Positions 13,441 to 27,268 of a stretch of 64,000 nucleotides of DNA are shown one piece after another. Numbering within the stretch: the stretch's first letter is position 1; the number at the start of each line of letters is the position of its first letter. The notes below the pieces were generated by a model. The model worked only from the letters and a program-made list of their open reading frames with translations, was not told the origin of the DNA and did no database searches. The stretch lies in NCBI GenBank assembly GCA_030390025.1, contig CM059431.1, positions 116,562,001 to 116,626,000 on the forward strand, in the 5' to 3' direction. This DNA comes from Squalus acanthias (taxonomy: Eukaryota). A program made the position numbers and the translations under genes.

Positions 13441-14834
13441 CCAAAAAAACTCTGGAATTTTTTTAAGCATTGTAACCATATGTTTCTTTTCATTAGTATT
13501 GTTACTCCTATGTCTTTTCCAGTTAAAAGAAGTGCATAGATTTAAAAAGATATACTGCACTTCTGATTTAAAGACTGTACATTATAACACTGTAGACCTG
13601 TTTGGGATTTTATTAGTATTTCAAAAATAAACAAAACAATTGAGTCTGAACAGGTGAATTCGCAAAGCACTTTGTACCTTTGTTTACTTTATCTTTCTCA
13701 GTGCTAAGATTGTAATAAGGTAATCCTGTGCTATCAAGGACTCCCTACTTTTATTGAAGCCGGAACAGTTGGTGATTTGAGTAGTGACAGTCTACATAAC
13801 TCACTGAATTCTATTGATGCTTAAAAATATTCTAACCTGAAAACGTTGGTATTGAATAGCTCATATCATAGCAATGCCAATAGCATTTAACAAGGTTCAG
13901 AATTTGCTTGTGTTTCCTATGCCAAGTTAGAGGGATAATTTGTTGTTGCATTGTTGATATGCATTTTTATTCAGTCTTTAATTTGTACAAACTTTCAAAT
14001 TACCAAGTTTATCTGTTTTTATCAATGCTACTGCATGCAATGTGATATATGTATATGGAAGAACTGCACCAAATGATGACTGCTTTGAAGGAGGAACAAT
14101 GAATTCAGACTTGTTCAGCTTTCGGCACATAAATAAAAAATACAGATTTGCGAAATGGTATTTGTCTTTGCCAAGTTCAGGACGAGCATGCACTATCACT
14201 TAACATGCATTCGTTTACGTGTATTTTTTTATCTTCCTTATTAGAATGTCGTCTTTCTTTTTAACCCTTCACCAACTGAATGCCCTTAACGGCTTTCAAA
14301 CAATACATTTTCTACCCTATAACTTCAAAATAATTTACTATAGTTTCTGATTTTAACATCATGAAAAGAATAAAAAGGTATATCAAACCAGGCAACATTT
14401 CTAAAATTGAGTGTATTTTTCAGTCAGCGTAACATCTTGTTACGTTTTATTTTCTTGTTTGGCATTGAAAAAGTACAATAACCCATTGTGAGGTTCTTTG
14501 TACAGTTTTGCGTTAATTGCATTTTTGAGCGAACGCTGTCCATAATTAAAAATGTTGTGTTCTTTAGGTTGTTGTTCTCCTGGATGAGACCAAGCATAAC
14601 ATTCCAGAATGTCATTTGCAGACACTGTAGACATTGATAGGGTACACGTCAGAGATGAGGCTTAGCATTTAAAAGGTTATTGATACGGTTCACCTCCCAC
14701 AAAAAGTTTTACAGCTCCAGCTGTCCCAAAGCATGTTCACTGTTGTGTTAACTATGCCTTTCGCAATGATGCACAGAAAACAGCAAATGAGAATGCATCC
14801 TCCAGTGACTCTGTAGAACAGTACAGTAGCAAGA

Positions 14835-14977
14835 CCCCTGGGGGATCACAATTGACCAGAAACTTAACTGGACCAGCCACGTAAATACTGTGGCTACAAG
14901 AGCAGGTCAGAGGCTAGGTATTCTGCGGCAAGCGTCTCACCTCCTGACTCCCCAAAGCCTTTCCACCATCTACAAGG
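14835..14977 (+). mobile_element. Short internal fragment of the tRNA-headed LINE family
   Basis: Nearly identical to 36393-36533 (gaccagaaacttaactggaccagccac...ccaccatctacaagg). Confidence 0.85.
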
Positions 14978-14989
14978 TAAAATTGTTCT

Positions 14990-15385
14990 CCTTAAAGCAG
15001 AGAAAGTGAAGGAGTAGATTTAATAGAGGTGTTCAAAATTATGAAGGGTTTTGATAGACTAGATAAGGAGAAATTGTTTCCACAGTGGAGTGAAAACTCA
15101 GTAACCAGAGGATACAGATTTAAGATAATTGGCAAAGAAAACAGAGGGGCGATGAGGAGAATTTTTTTACACAGCAAGTTGTTATGATCTGGAATGCACT
15201 GCCTGAAAGGGTGGTGGAAGCAGATTCAATAGTACCTTTCAAAAGGGAATTGGATAAATACTTGAAAAGGAAACATTTGCAGGGCTTGGGGAAAGAGTAG
15301 TGGAGTGGGACTAATTGGAAAGCTCTTTCAAAGCTCTTTCACGATGGTCCGAATGGCCTCCTTCTGTGCTGCATCATTCTATGAT
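14990..15385 (+). mobile_element. CR1 3' fragment
   Basis: 'DLIEVFKIMKG' coding remnant and gaatggcctccttctgtgctg...attctatgatt tail. Confidence 0.85.
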
Positions 15386-15409
15386 TTTATAGTACATGTT
15401 ATATTTAAG

Positions 15410-16055
15410 TACAATACATGATGTAAGATAGGTTGGTGTGAGGAGTGATGTGTAGGAGTAGGCTTGGGAATGCAGAGTGATGGGGTTGGGGTGACAGGCA
15501 CAGCAGGATGTAGGTGAGTGTGGAATTGCACTCACCTTTCCTGACCTCATGAGATCATTGAATCTTTTCCGACACTGGATCCACATCCTCCTCATGATAT
15601 CCCTGCTACTGACCTCCTCTGCAATCTACAGTCATGCCCTTTTTGTCTCTTTGGGTGGTTGTTTTCAGCAATCTCCAGGGAAGAGGACCTCCCTGCGTGC
15701 TCTTACTGCCTGCACCAGAACTTCCAGGGAGGCATCGGTGAATCTTCATGCTGCCCTTGTCTTGTCTCCATGATCCACAGTTTTGTCAGTTTTATTCCAT
15801 TATTGAGACCTCTGAAAACCACCTTCTGCACTCCTACATCAACCTTCAAATGAGATGTGTGCAAGGCTGCTTTAAATATCAGCGCTATCATCAGACTCAG
15901 TCCATTTACTTGGGTCGGGAAACATGCATGACTGTTTTAATTGGGGCCATTAAGTTAAACACATAGTGCAGAATGTGCTGTTCCAATCTTCAGGTTCCCG
16001 ACCCGCGACGCGGCCCACACGCATGCAATCCAACTTCGAGGTAAAGATTCCGGCC
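15410..16055 (-). mobile_element. Harbinger Myb/SANT gene remnant with terminus
   Basis: ORF 15374-15595(-) 'WIQCRKRFNDLMRSGK|gtgagt', including a splice donor. Confidence 0.7.
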
Positions 16056-18287
16056 TTCATGCATGACCCACATGATTGAGTGTCAGTGATTATTTTGGCC
16101 TGGGTTGGAGGGTATCACAACTAAACCTGACCATGTTCTCACCCAATAGCCATACAGACCATCAAGTAAGGGTTAATGGACCGTGGCAGTGAAAGCACTG
16201 GCTGATATTTCCTCTTCCTACTCCTGCCACACTGAAGTCAGTGTGATCTCCCAGTATTATTTCAGCAGAGATCAAACCAGATATCAAACTTGGGCCTTCA
16301 TGAATTAAGTAGCTTAAGTCCTATGTCACATAAGAACATGAGAAATAGAAGCGGGAGTAGGCCATATGGCCACTCGAGCCTGCTCCGCCATTCAATAAGA
16401 TCGTGGCTGATCTTTGACCTCAACGCCACATTCTCTCAAATAATGGTGAGAGCCAGGAGAAAGAATGGACAAGTAAGTGCAATGTTCAGAAGGATTTTTT
16501 TTAAGAGGGAAGAGGAAAGGAATTGATAGATTCATTTATATTGGGGGAAAAGAAGTAGCAGTACATTTAAAATAGGAGAAAAAGAAAATGAGGAAGGGAA
16601 ATCATAGCAATCACAGGGTTTCATTTAAAAAAATGTTTTTAAGTATTTATTTTTGTAGTTTAGTGTTAATATTATAGTAATAATACCACTCCTGACCTTG
16701 CAGTAGCTTTATTATAATAATAATAATGTTTGTTTCAGTGTCATGGTGTTTGGGTTGAAAATATAAAAAAACTGACCATCCCCTAGGAGACAGGGCCCAA
16801 AATTTTAACAGAATAAGGAATTACTAATAACTTGCTAACTTCCTATGACATTGCTTTATAGGTTGTTTGGATTTTTGAGTGTGGTTATAATGTTTAGCAT
16901 GGTACTATTCCAAATGGGCAACAGACCATAGAGTTGGAAAGTGGCGCACTATGGGGTACCAGGGCACAAGCCACAGTGGAAGGCCGGGGAGTGAAGGCCT
17001 GTGGGAGAGGGGGAGAGGAGCAGAGCATTGCAGGCCAGGGAGTGTAGTACATTTGGCTTGGGGATGGAGCACAATGGGTAGATGAGGGACCAAGGATTGG
17101 AGCATAGCAGGGGGTGACCGCAGGAAGTGGAGCACATGAATTGAAGCAATGGGGAGAGGGACAGAGAGTGGAGCACAGCTGGGATGGGAGTAGGATAGTC
17201 GGCATCACTGTGGACTAGGGTATACAACTTTAAAATGAGTACCACTAAACCTACAGAAAAATACAGGCTTACCTAAGTAATAGCGTTCAGGATATGGCAA
17301 ATCAGCTGTTCTGAGTATTTTTCCCCCTAGATAAAACTTACAATCAGAAAGACTGTTTCTAGAGAAAGGTTTGGCTTGTCCAGTCAAAAAAGGGGGATAA
17401 GTCTTTAAAGCACCAGAATTATTTAATGATTTACAGCATTTACTGAACATGCCATGAACTCCTGTTTGCAATGCTGGCCCTCATTGTCCAGCACTGTATT
17501 AGACTCAGTAAAAGATGCCAGAGTCAATCTATATTCTGGGAGTTGTGTGAGGACAGTGAGTCATGCACAGAATGACACAAGGACATTTTGGGAGCTCGCG
17601 GCCTGACTGAGGCTGTTTGTTCAGGCAAGGCCCAGGTACACAATGGAAGTTGAGGAATGCAGCAGAACAGAAGCCCCAAACTCTAGAAAGTAGGGCTAGC
17701 CTTTGTGGGAGAAAGTTTCTTAGAACCTTTTATAACATATACATGCTGACTTCATGGGTAAGTATACATTTTATTCAGAATTATTTAATATTTATGCAAA
17801 TATGTTGTAAATGTTATTTATACAATAATATATTTTGCTGGTTAGAAATCAAGATGGCACCTGAAATCAGTTTGATAAAATCAATGAAACAATATGATTC
17901 ATCGGTTGTGGGACAGCCACTGTTACCAGATTGAGTGATTGAATTCTCATTCTTTATTGGTTACTTTTCTGATTGGTGGCCTTTTATGTGTCCTCATTTG
18001 AGCCAATCAGCATGGTTATCAGACAAGGACTAGTTAAGCCAATGGGTAATTAAAATTACTTTGATTTGGACAACTTCAATGTGCCAGCCTACACATTTAA
18101 TAATTGTGACATATACATTTCAGGGCAAACTTTCCATATGTGTACTTCCCAGCCTTGTCCACTGGTCACGCATATTGGAAATCATCGGCACACTGCACAG
18201 GATTTCCCATCCTGATGTGTGCGGCTGTTGAACGAGGGTCATTCGGAATATCATCCCTTTTAATATGTGACAGTATATGCAAGACTA

Positions 18288-19058
18288 TGGCCCGTATTTT
18301 CCGATGCCTACGGGTGTGAACGCGCTGTGTACACACCCGTAGGGACATCGGAAATGCCGGTTTCAGGCATGCGAAGCGCATGCGCTGAAAACCGGCATTT
18401 CCGATCTGTCAAGAATCCTCTTGACAGATCGGACGCCTGCCCTGGAGAAGGGCCTCTGCGGGTGGAGAGTTCCGCTTTCTGGAGAACCTCCGCCCGCTGA
18501 AAACACTTAGAAATCTTATGCCTGGTAAAAGCAGGTGTAAGGCCTGCTTTTACCAGCATAAGAGTTGAAAAAAAGTAAAAAAAAATTAAAAAAATTTCAC
18601 TCATTTATAATTTTAAAATAGTTTTAAAAAAGGTAAGTTTATTTTTAGCCCCTTAAAAAACTTTACTTATTTTTTCAAAAAATTAAATTTTGGTTTAAAA
18701 TATTTAATTTAATGTAATTGTAACTCATTTTAAAAACGTGATTTTAAAAAAAATAATTATTTAATGTTTTATTGTGTTTTTGGGGTGGTCTCCATTCATA
18801 TATTTGACAGGTCTATCTGTCAAAAGTATGAAGGGAGATTCCCTTCTCCTATTGGCTGGCCTGGCCCACGTGATCCCTGGGTTTCAGGCTTGCGAACCGC
18901 CTGCGCCCCTGGGATACGTGGGCCCTGCGCATTTCGACTGTGGAGAGGACCAGGAGCAGAAGTGTCCGGTCCTCGGGAGCCCTCAGGTAAGCGCGTCGAT
19001 TTTTTTCCGATAGGAGGCATCCGCACGCAGGAAGCCTCCTATTGGAAATTACGGGCCA
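18288..19058. mobile_element. Harbinger-type MITE (family shared with 52383-53120)
   Basis: TIRs tggcccgtattttcc / ggaaattacgggcca; shared internal gcgcatgcgctgaaaaccggca and AT-rich core. Confidence 0.75.
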
Positions 19059-19794
19059 TAGATATTTAGCCTGAATTTTAAACCAGGTTTACAGTTGTTG
19101 TCGATCTCTAATATTGAGTCAATCGTTGAACTATTATTGTATGCATGTGATGATGATGCATAACATAGGATTTAAAAAAAGGAATAAATAGTGCATACAC
19201 AATGAGTAATAATGGAATATACAATTTATTCGTACGTGATAAAGTCCTTCTAATTCAGTTTGATGTAGAAATGAATTTATTGCTAGAAACACTGGTTACC
19301 AATTCATTAATCTACTGCCACTTAACAAGGAGAAAGATCACTGCCATGGTACAAATATGAAATATTTAGCTCAATGGTTCCAAGTAAAAACAAAAAAAAG
19401 GAATAAGTTTCCAAATTCTACGTGAGCTAATGAATGGAAAGGAACACTTATTTTGCTAGCTGTAACTGTGGTACCACAGCTATAAATGCCTAAATATAGC
19501 AAAGAGGTTTGTCACTATAATATAAGCCTACCTGAGAATATTATATCATGTTGGAATATGATTTTTTTAACATAATAGAATCTATCAAACCACAGATGAA
19601 GATGCACAAGGTATAACAAAATTATAAACCGGTTCTTTAAAACGATGTTGATGTTTTTTTCCTCACCTAATGCACAAGGAAATATTTTCCCATTTGGTTA
19701 ATAAAGGAAATGCCTGAGGATGGATCGCTAAACTGATAGCTTGAGGCAAGATGTGGACCAGTCAAGGAATAACTTTGCTAAAACATTGAGCATG

Positions 19795-21502
19795 GTGTCA
19801 TCCATGGCTCAGTGTTAACACTCTCGCCTGAGTCAGAAGGTTGTGGGTTCAAGTCCCACTCCAGAAACTTGAGCACATAAACCTGGCTGACACCAATAAC
19901 CTGCTCATTGATGCCCAGTTTGGGTTCCGCCAGGACCACTCGGCTCCCGACCTCATTTCAGCTTTGGTTCAAATATGGACAAAGGAGCTGAATTCCAGAG
20001 GTGAGGTGAGAGTGACTGCCCTTGACATCAAGGCAGCATTTGACTGAGTGTGGCATCAAGGAGCCCTAGTAAAACTGAAGTCAATGGGAATCAGGTGGAA
20101 AACGCTCCACTGACTGGAGTTATACCTAGCACAAAGGAAGATGGTTGTGGTTGTTGGAGGTCAATCATCACAGCCCCAGGACATCGCTGCAGGAGTTCCT
20201 CGGGGCAGTGTCCTAGGCCCAACCATCTTCAGCTGCTTCATCAATGACCTTCCCTCCAACATAAGGTCAGAAATGGGGATGTTCGTTGATGACTGCACAG
20301 TGTTCAGCGCTATTCACAGCTCCTCAGATAATGAAGAAGTCCATGCCCGCATGCAACAAGACCTGGATGACGTTTAGGCTCGGGCTGATAAGTGGCAGGT
20401 AACATTCGCGCCACAGAGGTGCCAGGCAATGACTATCTCCAACAAGCGAGAGTCTAACCACCTCCCGCTTACATTCAACGGCATTACCATCGCCGAATCC
20501 CCCACCATCAACATCCTGGGGGTCACCATTGACCCGAAACTTAATTGGACCAGCCACATAAATACTGTGGCAAAAAGAGCAGGTCAGAGGCTAGGTATTC
20601 TGCAGCGAGTGTCTCACCTACTGACTCCCCAAAGCCTTTCCACCATCTACAAGGCACAAGTAAGGAGTGTGATGGAATACTCTCCACTTGCCTGGATGAG
20701 TGCAGCTGCAACAACACTCAAGAAGCTCGACACCATCAAGGACAAAGCAGCCCGTTTGATTGGCACCCCATCCACCACCTTAAACATTTACTCCCTCCAC
20801 CACCGGCGTACCGTGGCTGCAGTGTGTACCATCTACAAGATGCACTGCAGCAACTCGCCAAGGCTTCTTCGGCAGCTCCTCCCAAACCCGCGACCTCTTC
20901 CACCAAGAAGGACAAGGGCAGCAGGCGCATGAGAACACCACCACCTCCAAGTTCCCCTCCAAGTCACACACCATCCTGACTTAGAAGTATATCGCCATTC
21001 CTTCATCGTCGCTGGGTCAAAATCCTGGAACTCCCTCCCTAACAGCACTGTGGGAGTACCTTTACCACACGGACTGCTGCGGTTCAAGAAGGCGGCTCAC
21101 CACCACCTTCTCAAGGGCAACTAGGGATGGGCAATAAATGCTGGCCTTGCCAGCGACGCCCAGATCCCATAAGCGATTTAAAAACAAACTTCAGTGCAGC
21201 ACTGAGGGAATGCTGCACTGTCATAGCTGCCATCTTTGGGATGAGACATTAAAGTGAGGTCCAGTCTGCCTTCTTGGATGGACGTAAAAAATTCCATGGC
21301 AGCGTTTTGAAGAAGAGCAGGGGATTTCTCCCTGGTGTCCTGGCCTATATTTATCCCTCAACCAACATTTCTAAAAAACAGATTATCTGGTCATTTTCTC
21401 ATTGTGGTTTGTGGGTCCTCTGTGTGTAACTGGCTGGTGCGTTTCCTGCATTACAACAATGACTACACTTCAAAAGTACTTCATTAGCTGCAAAGCGCTT
21501 TC
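19795..21502 (+). mobile_element. DeuSINE (SacSINE1-like), split by a LINE insertion at 19892-21188
   Basis: tRNA head (tggctcagtg, ggttcaagtcc) at 19795-19891. The Deu-like body (gccatctttgggatgagacattaaa) and L2-type tail resume at 21190. Confidence 0.85.
19892..21188 (+). mobile_element. 5'-truncated copy of the tRNA-headed CR1/L2-group LINE
   Basis: RT motifs ALDIKAAFD, GVPRGSVLGP, IYKAQVRSVMEY; 3' end gggatgggcaataaatgctggcc; highly similar to 35770-37060. Confidence 0.95.
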
Positions 21503-22624
21503 TTAATTATGTTACCTCTGCTATAACCTTGAACCTTCAGTGATACTGAAGACAACATGTAAACATGTTTCCGTTAAAAATACTTCAAATTGCAGCACTG
21601 ATCTTTTAATGTTATATATGGTTGTTATTTTCATCATGTTCAAAGAAGGAACAGGCTGCTAATGGTTTCGACTTGTGAATTCACAGAGACCATTGGAACA
21701 TCACTGAGTCAGCAGACCAATGATAATGCATTAGCAGTCACCAATAAGGGGCCTGAGGACAAGCCAGAAGGGGCATTACACATCTAAAAGGCAATACATA
21801 AAAGCAAGTGATCTTTTCAAGCTCTCCATGATTTTAATCAGGTTGAATTCTTGTAAAACACTTCCAATGCCACAGGCAACTTAATTTGACAATCGTATCT
21901 GTTAGGTTAACTCAGTTTCTTAGGAAAGAATGTTTTGCACAATGTTTTCCCAGTAAAACGAATATTGCAACTGCTTCATTTTCCTAAACAGAGCATTTTG
22001 AACTGTATAGTTGGTGCTGCGTATAATAGTGCAGAATTTCCTGGAATGGCACGACCAGCAACGTACGCCAGAAGTTACGCCATAATTTCCCGTTGCGAAC
22101 TCCAAAATTTCCTGAAAATGAAATAGGAAGCCGTGCACATAATAGCAAATCAGGGACCTTAGAAGTGGCACAGCCAATGGTGGGCCCCAAAAACCTTCAC
22201 CAGCCAATATAAAAACTTTTTTGATGTTGTTTTCTCAGATTAAAAGTTAATTGAGCTGTTTTTTTAAACACAGTTTTCATTAATGTTACTTGCTGCCTGG
22301 GAGTTCAATTGCAATTTTGTACCAAATAAAAGTTCTATTGTTTGTTACATTAATGCGACTTTCATTCTTATTTTAATTAATTGTTGAAAGAATGCAACAT
22401 TGCAAAAGCTTAAAGCAACATTTTTAAGCCTCTCTAACTTGTAAACCAAAAATCTTGTGAATCAACAAGTCAGATTTTCCTCTTTTGTGCTTAGGGGTAA
22501 ATACTAGCCTGAGCGGAACGTATTAATTTACATGAATGGAAAACCAGCTGGGCTTCTTGTTACGGGCGTGCAATCCCACTGCACATGATTTCCCTTTATC
22601 AGCTCTGCCCAGGCAATTAATTAA

Positions 22625-23070
22625 GTGTCAGCATGGCTGAGTTGGTAGCACTCTTGCCTCTGAGTCATGAAGGTTGCTGGTTCAAGTCCCACTCCAGAGA
22701 CTTGAGCACATAATCCAGGCTGACACTCCAGTGCAGTATCTGAGGGAGGTGCCATCATTTGGATGAGACGTTAAGCCGAGGCCCCGTCTGCTCTCTCAGG
22801 TGGATACAAAAGATCCCATGGCACTACTTGAAGAGCAGGGCAGTTTTCCCCGATGTCCTGGCCAATATTTATCCCTCAACGAACATCACTAAAAGCAGAT
22901 TATCTGGTCATTTATTTCATTTCTGTTTTGTGAGACCTTGTTGTGAGAAAATTGGCTGCCGCGTTTCCTACATTACAACAGTAATTACACTTCAAAAGTA
23001 CTTAATTGGTTGTAAAGCACTTTGGGGTGGCCTGAGGTTGTGATAGGTGCTTTCTTTCTTTCTTCTTTAC
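22625..23070 (+). mobile_element. DeuSINE (SacSINE1-like), near complete
   Basis: A box tggctgagttgg, B box ggttcaagtcc, Deu-like ggatgagacgttaagccgaggccccgtctg, L2-type tail with (cttt)n. Confidence 0.9.
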
Positions 23071-23351
23071 TTGCACCCAAGCTTAAAAGAGGAAAGTTCG
23101 CACTTGACAGTATCAAAACTGTCAATTATATTTTCAAACAGTGTTGTGTTTGAAACATTTCAGCAGTGCAATCCTCAGATTCGTATTGGATAGTAATATA
23201 CTGTTGTCAAGAGCTCAGCCTCATTTATAGTGTTCTGATAATTGTTCACTTCCCACCCCTCAATGACGTGACCTTTTAATAAAAACTTCTTCTCTAGTTT
23301 GCCCATGCCCACTCCAAACACTTCCACCTGGGAGAGCAATATCATAGACTA

Positions 23352-24218
23352 GGGATATAGATAGACTAAGTGAGTGAGCAGTAAGGTGGCAGATGGAGTA
23401 TAATGTAGGGTAATGTGAGGTTATTCACTTTGGTAGGAAGAATAGAAAAACAGAATACATTTTAAATGGTGAGAAACTTTCAAATGTTGGTGTTCAGAGA
23501 GATTTGGCTGTCCTCATGCAAGAAACACAGAAAGCTAGCATGCAGGTACAGCAAGCAATAAGGAAGGCAAATGACATGTTGGCCTTTATTGCAAGGGGCT
23601 TGGAGTATAAGAGTAAGGAAGTCTTGCTACAATTGTACAGGGCCTTGGTGAGACCACACCTGGAGTACTGTGCACAGTTCTGGTCTCCTTATCTAAGGAA
23701 GGATATACTTGCCTTGGAGGCAGTGCAATGAAGGTTCACTAGATTGATTCCTGAGATGAGAGGGCTGTCCTATGATGAGAGATTGTGTAGAATGGGCCTA
23801 TACTCTCTGGAGTTTAGAAGAATGAGAGGTGATCTCATTGAAGCATACAAGATTCTGAAGGGGATTGACAGGGTAGATGCTGAGAGATTGTTTCCTCTGG
23901 CTGGAGTGTCTTGAACTAGGGGGCATAGTCTCAGGAAAAGCGGTAGGCCATTTAAGACTGAGATGAGGAGGAATTTCTTCACTCAGAGGGTTGTGAATCT
24001 TTGGAATTCTCTGCCCCAGAGGGCTGTGAATGCTGAGTCTTTGAGTACATTCAAGGCTGAGATAGATAGATTTTTGGACTCTAGGGGAATCAAGGGATAT
24101 GGAGATCGGGCGGGAAAGTGGAGTTGAGGTCGATGATCAGCCATGATCTTATTGAATGGCGGAGCAGGCTCGAGGGGCCATATGGCCTACTCCTGCTCCT
24201 ATTTCTTATGTTCTTATG
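23352..24218 (+). mobile_element. CR1 LINE 3' portion
   Basis: ORF 23504-23731 'LYRALVRPHLEYCAQFWSP'; (ttcttatg)n tail. Confidence 0.95.
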
Positions 24219-25116
24219 TGACACTGTTGGTGTTGTTTCTTCATTGATGTTCCAGGAAATATCCCCTTCCAAAGCAGTTCCTCTCCACCTCCAGCTGGCA
24301 TGTTAAGATTTGGAACTCTAGTTCTTTGTTGTTTTAATTATTAGGTAATATCACACAATATACCTATCTGAGATGTTAAGATTCAGCAAGCAATTATTTA
24401 CACTACAAATTTGTAGCATCTGTACGAAGTAAAACTACGTAACACCCATTGTAGAGTAAATGCAGCCAGTCCTTTAAAAACATAAATGCTACAAATGTAG
24501 CTTATGAGCAGACATACCACACAATTCACTGAGATACATGGTTTTAATCATGAAGGATGGTTGCTCTAAAAGTGGAAGATTCCATTTTACTTAAATTATT
24601 CCCAGATCGGATGGCAGGATGTAACTGAATACACTGTCACCAAGAAGTATGTTGCTTATCTCATATACCTCTCATATCACATCATTTTTCAAAGTTCTTC
24701 GATGTAACCTTGCTTGCAATGGAGGGACAAGCAACATGATGTTAATAATCATGCCTTATCAGCCCACAGATTTACTGTATCACTCCCAGTTGTAAGAGTG
24801 AAGCACTGGATACAGATTACCATGTAATATCATGACTCAACAACTGTCAATTGAAAGGAAGCTAAAGAACAAGCTGTTCACTTAATGCAGAAAGTACTTT
24901 TGGTCACTGAGGGAAGTATGAAGGTCAAAAGGGAGTTGAAGAAAAGAAGTGCCTTGAAAAGTAGCAAGGGTGGATAGAGAATGTTCACAAAACAATTGTA
25001 TAGTTACCATCAATGCTCCAGATTTTCCTGGGAACTTGCACCATTGTAATGGCAGAACAATGAACCAGGGACCCTTGAATTATGAAGTAAGTGACTTACA
25101 CCATTAATTATGCCAC

Positions 25117-26402
25117 CCTGCTCACTGATGCCCAGTTTGGGTTCCGCCAGGACCACTCGGCTCCCGACCTCATTACAGCCTTGGTCCAAACATGGACAAA
25201 GAAGCTGAATTCCAGAGGTGAGGTGACAGTGACTGCCCTTGACATCAAGGCAGCATTTGACCGAGTGTAGCATCAAGGAGCCCTAGTAAACTGAAGTCAA
25301 TGGGAATCGGGGGGAAAACGTTCCACTGGCTGGAGTCATACCTAGCACAAAGGAAGATGGTTGTGGTGGTTGAAGGTCAATCATCACAGCCACAGGACAT
25401 CGCTGCAGGAGTTCCTCAGGGCAGTGTCCTAGGCCCAAACATCTTCAGCTGCTTCATCAATGACCTTCCCTCCAACATAAGGTCAGAAATGGGGATGTCC
25501 GCTGATGACTGCAGAGTGTTCAGCACCATTCACAACTTCTCAGATAATGAAGCAGTCCATGCCCGCATGCAACAAGACCTGGACGACGTTCAGGCTTGGG
25601 CTGATAAGTGGCAGCTAACATTAGCGCCACAGAAATGCCAGGCAATGACTATCGCCAACAAGCGAGAGTCTAACCACCTCCCCTTGACATTCAACGGCAT
25701 TACCATCGCCGAATCCCCCGACATCAACATCCTGCTGGTCACCATTGACCAGAAACTTAACTGGACCAGCCACATAAATACTGTGGCAACAAGAGCTGGT
25801 GAGAGGCTAGGTGTTCTGCTGCGAGTATCTCACCTCCTGACTCCCCAAAGCCTTTCCACCATCTACAATGCACAAGTAAGGAGTGTGATGGAATACTCTC
25901 CACTTGCCTGGATGAGTGCAGCTCCAACAGCACTCAAGAAGCTCGACACTATCCATGACAAAGCAGCCCGCTTGATTGGCACCCCATCCACCACCTTAAA
26001 CATTCACTCCCTCCACCACCGGCGTACCGTGGCTGCTGTGTGTACCATCTATAAGATGCACTGCAACAACTCGCCAAGGCTTCTTCGGCAGCACCTCCCA
26101 AACCCATGACCTCTTCCACCTAGAAGGACAAGGGCAGCAGGCGCATGGGAACACCACCACCTCCAAGTTCCCCTCCAAGTCACACACCATCCCGACTTGG
26201 AAGTTTATCACTGATCCTTCATCATCGCTGGGTCAAAATCCTGGAACTCCCTCCCTAACAGCACTGTGCGAGTACCTTCACCACACGGACTGCAGCGGTT
26301 CAAGAAGGCAGCTCACCACCACCTTCTGAAGGGCAATTAGGGATGGGCAATAAATGCTGGCCTTGCCAGCGACGCCCACATCCCATAAACAAATTTTAAA
26401 AA
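25117..26402 (+). mobile_element. 5'-truncated copy of the tRNA-headed CR1/L2-group LINE
   Basis: ORF 25300-26109 (269 aa) with RT motifs; same 3' end as 36990-37050. Confidence 0.95.
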
Positions 26403-27268
26403 ACACATTTTCCTGGGACTTTTGCACCGCCCTGCTGTTACTTTTGCCAAAAACAGTTAGAAGGTAATTATCATAGCCCTGCCCCATTAAAGCTAATGGT
26501 GGTAGCGATTTTCCTGCATTTAAGCCAGTTTTCACACCACTACCACTTAGACTGCAAAAAAAGGCGGTGCTGGTGGCCAGGCCGTGGCGTGATTAATTGA
26601 CTGAAAGGAAAATGCTTTTACCATTTATTTAGTGGAAAAGCCAATTGCGTGTGAAGTTAAATTCAGAAAAAGCGGGAACTTGGACTGTCCATGTTAGAAA
26701 GGAGTGGATCCATCACCGATGAAAGCTCGCTGTTGGATTAGGATTTTTAATGTGTAATCGCTTCTCCGAGCAAACTACTGGAAATGGTTCCAATAATGTG
26801 CATGGTTAACTAGCTGGTTGCAAGGGCACATATTACACTACAGTAAATTATTTGGATTATATAACATGGATTTAGAATTTCAAGTTTAAATGTTCGCTCT
26901 TTCGACATGCTTTGCTGAATTGAATCTGTTTGCACCATACAGCCACCAGACTGCAAGTTCTGTAAGGATAGTAGCAAACAAATGAAATGAATCCTTTCAA
27001 TTTATCCCGATTAAATTTTAATGAGAAACATCATCTGATTTAATATAAGGGTAGATAAAGTCAGTGAAGTACAGAGGTTCTTAGACAGATGCATATTACG
27101 GGTGTCCATAGTAAATGATAAACAATCTATGTCTGCAAATAGTCATTGGCTTTGCCGCTTCTGGTTCACCGCTCGCTGTGGCATATCCTAATTAGAAAAG
27201 CAGCAAAATTTGGGGTAAGTTTAGAATGCCAAGACAGGTGTACTAGACGGCAAACTTTACATCACTAA

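Noticed and set aside
16894..17245. P/C/S-rich minus-strand ORFs
   Set aside because: G-rich low-complexity interior of a probable MITE.
22625..22700. tRNA gene
   Set aside because: It is the tRNA-derived head of a multi-copy SINE.
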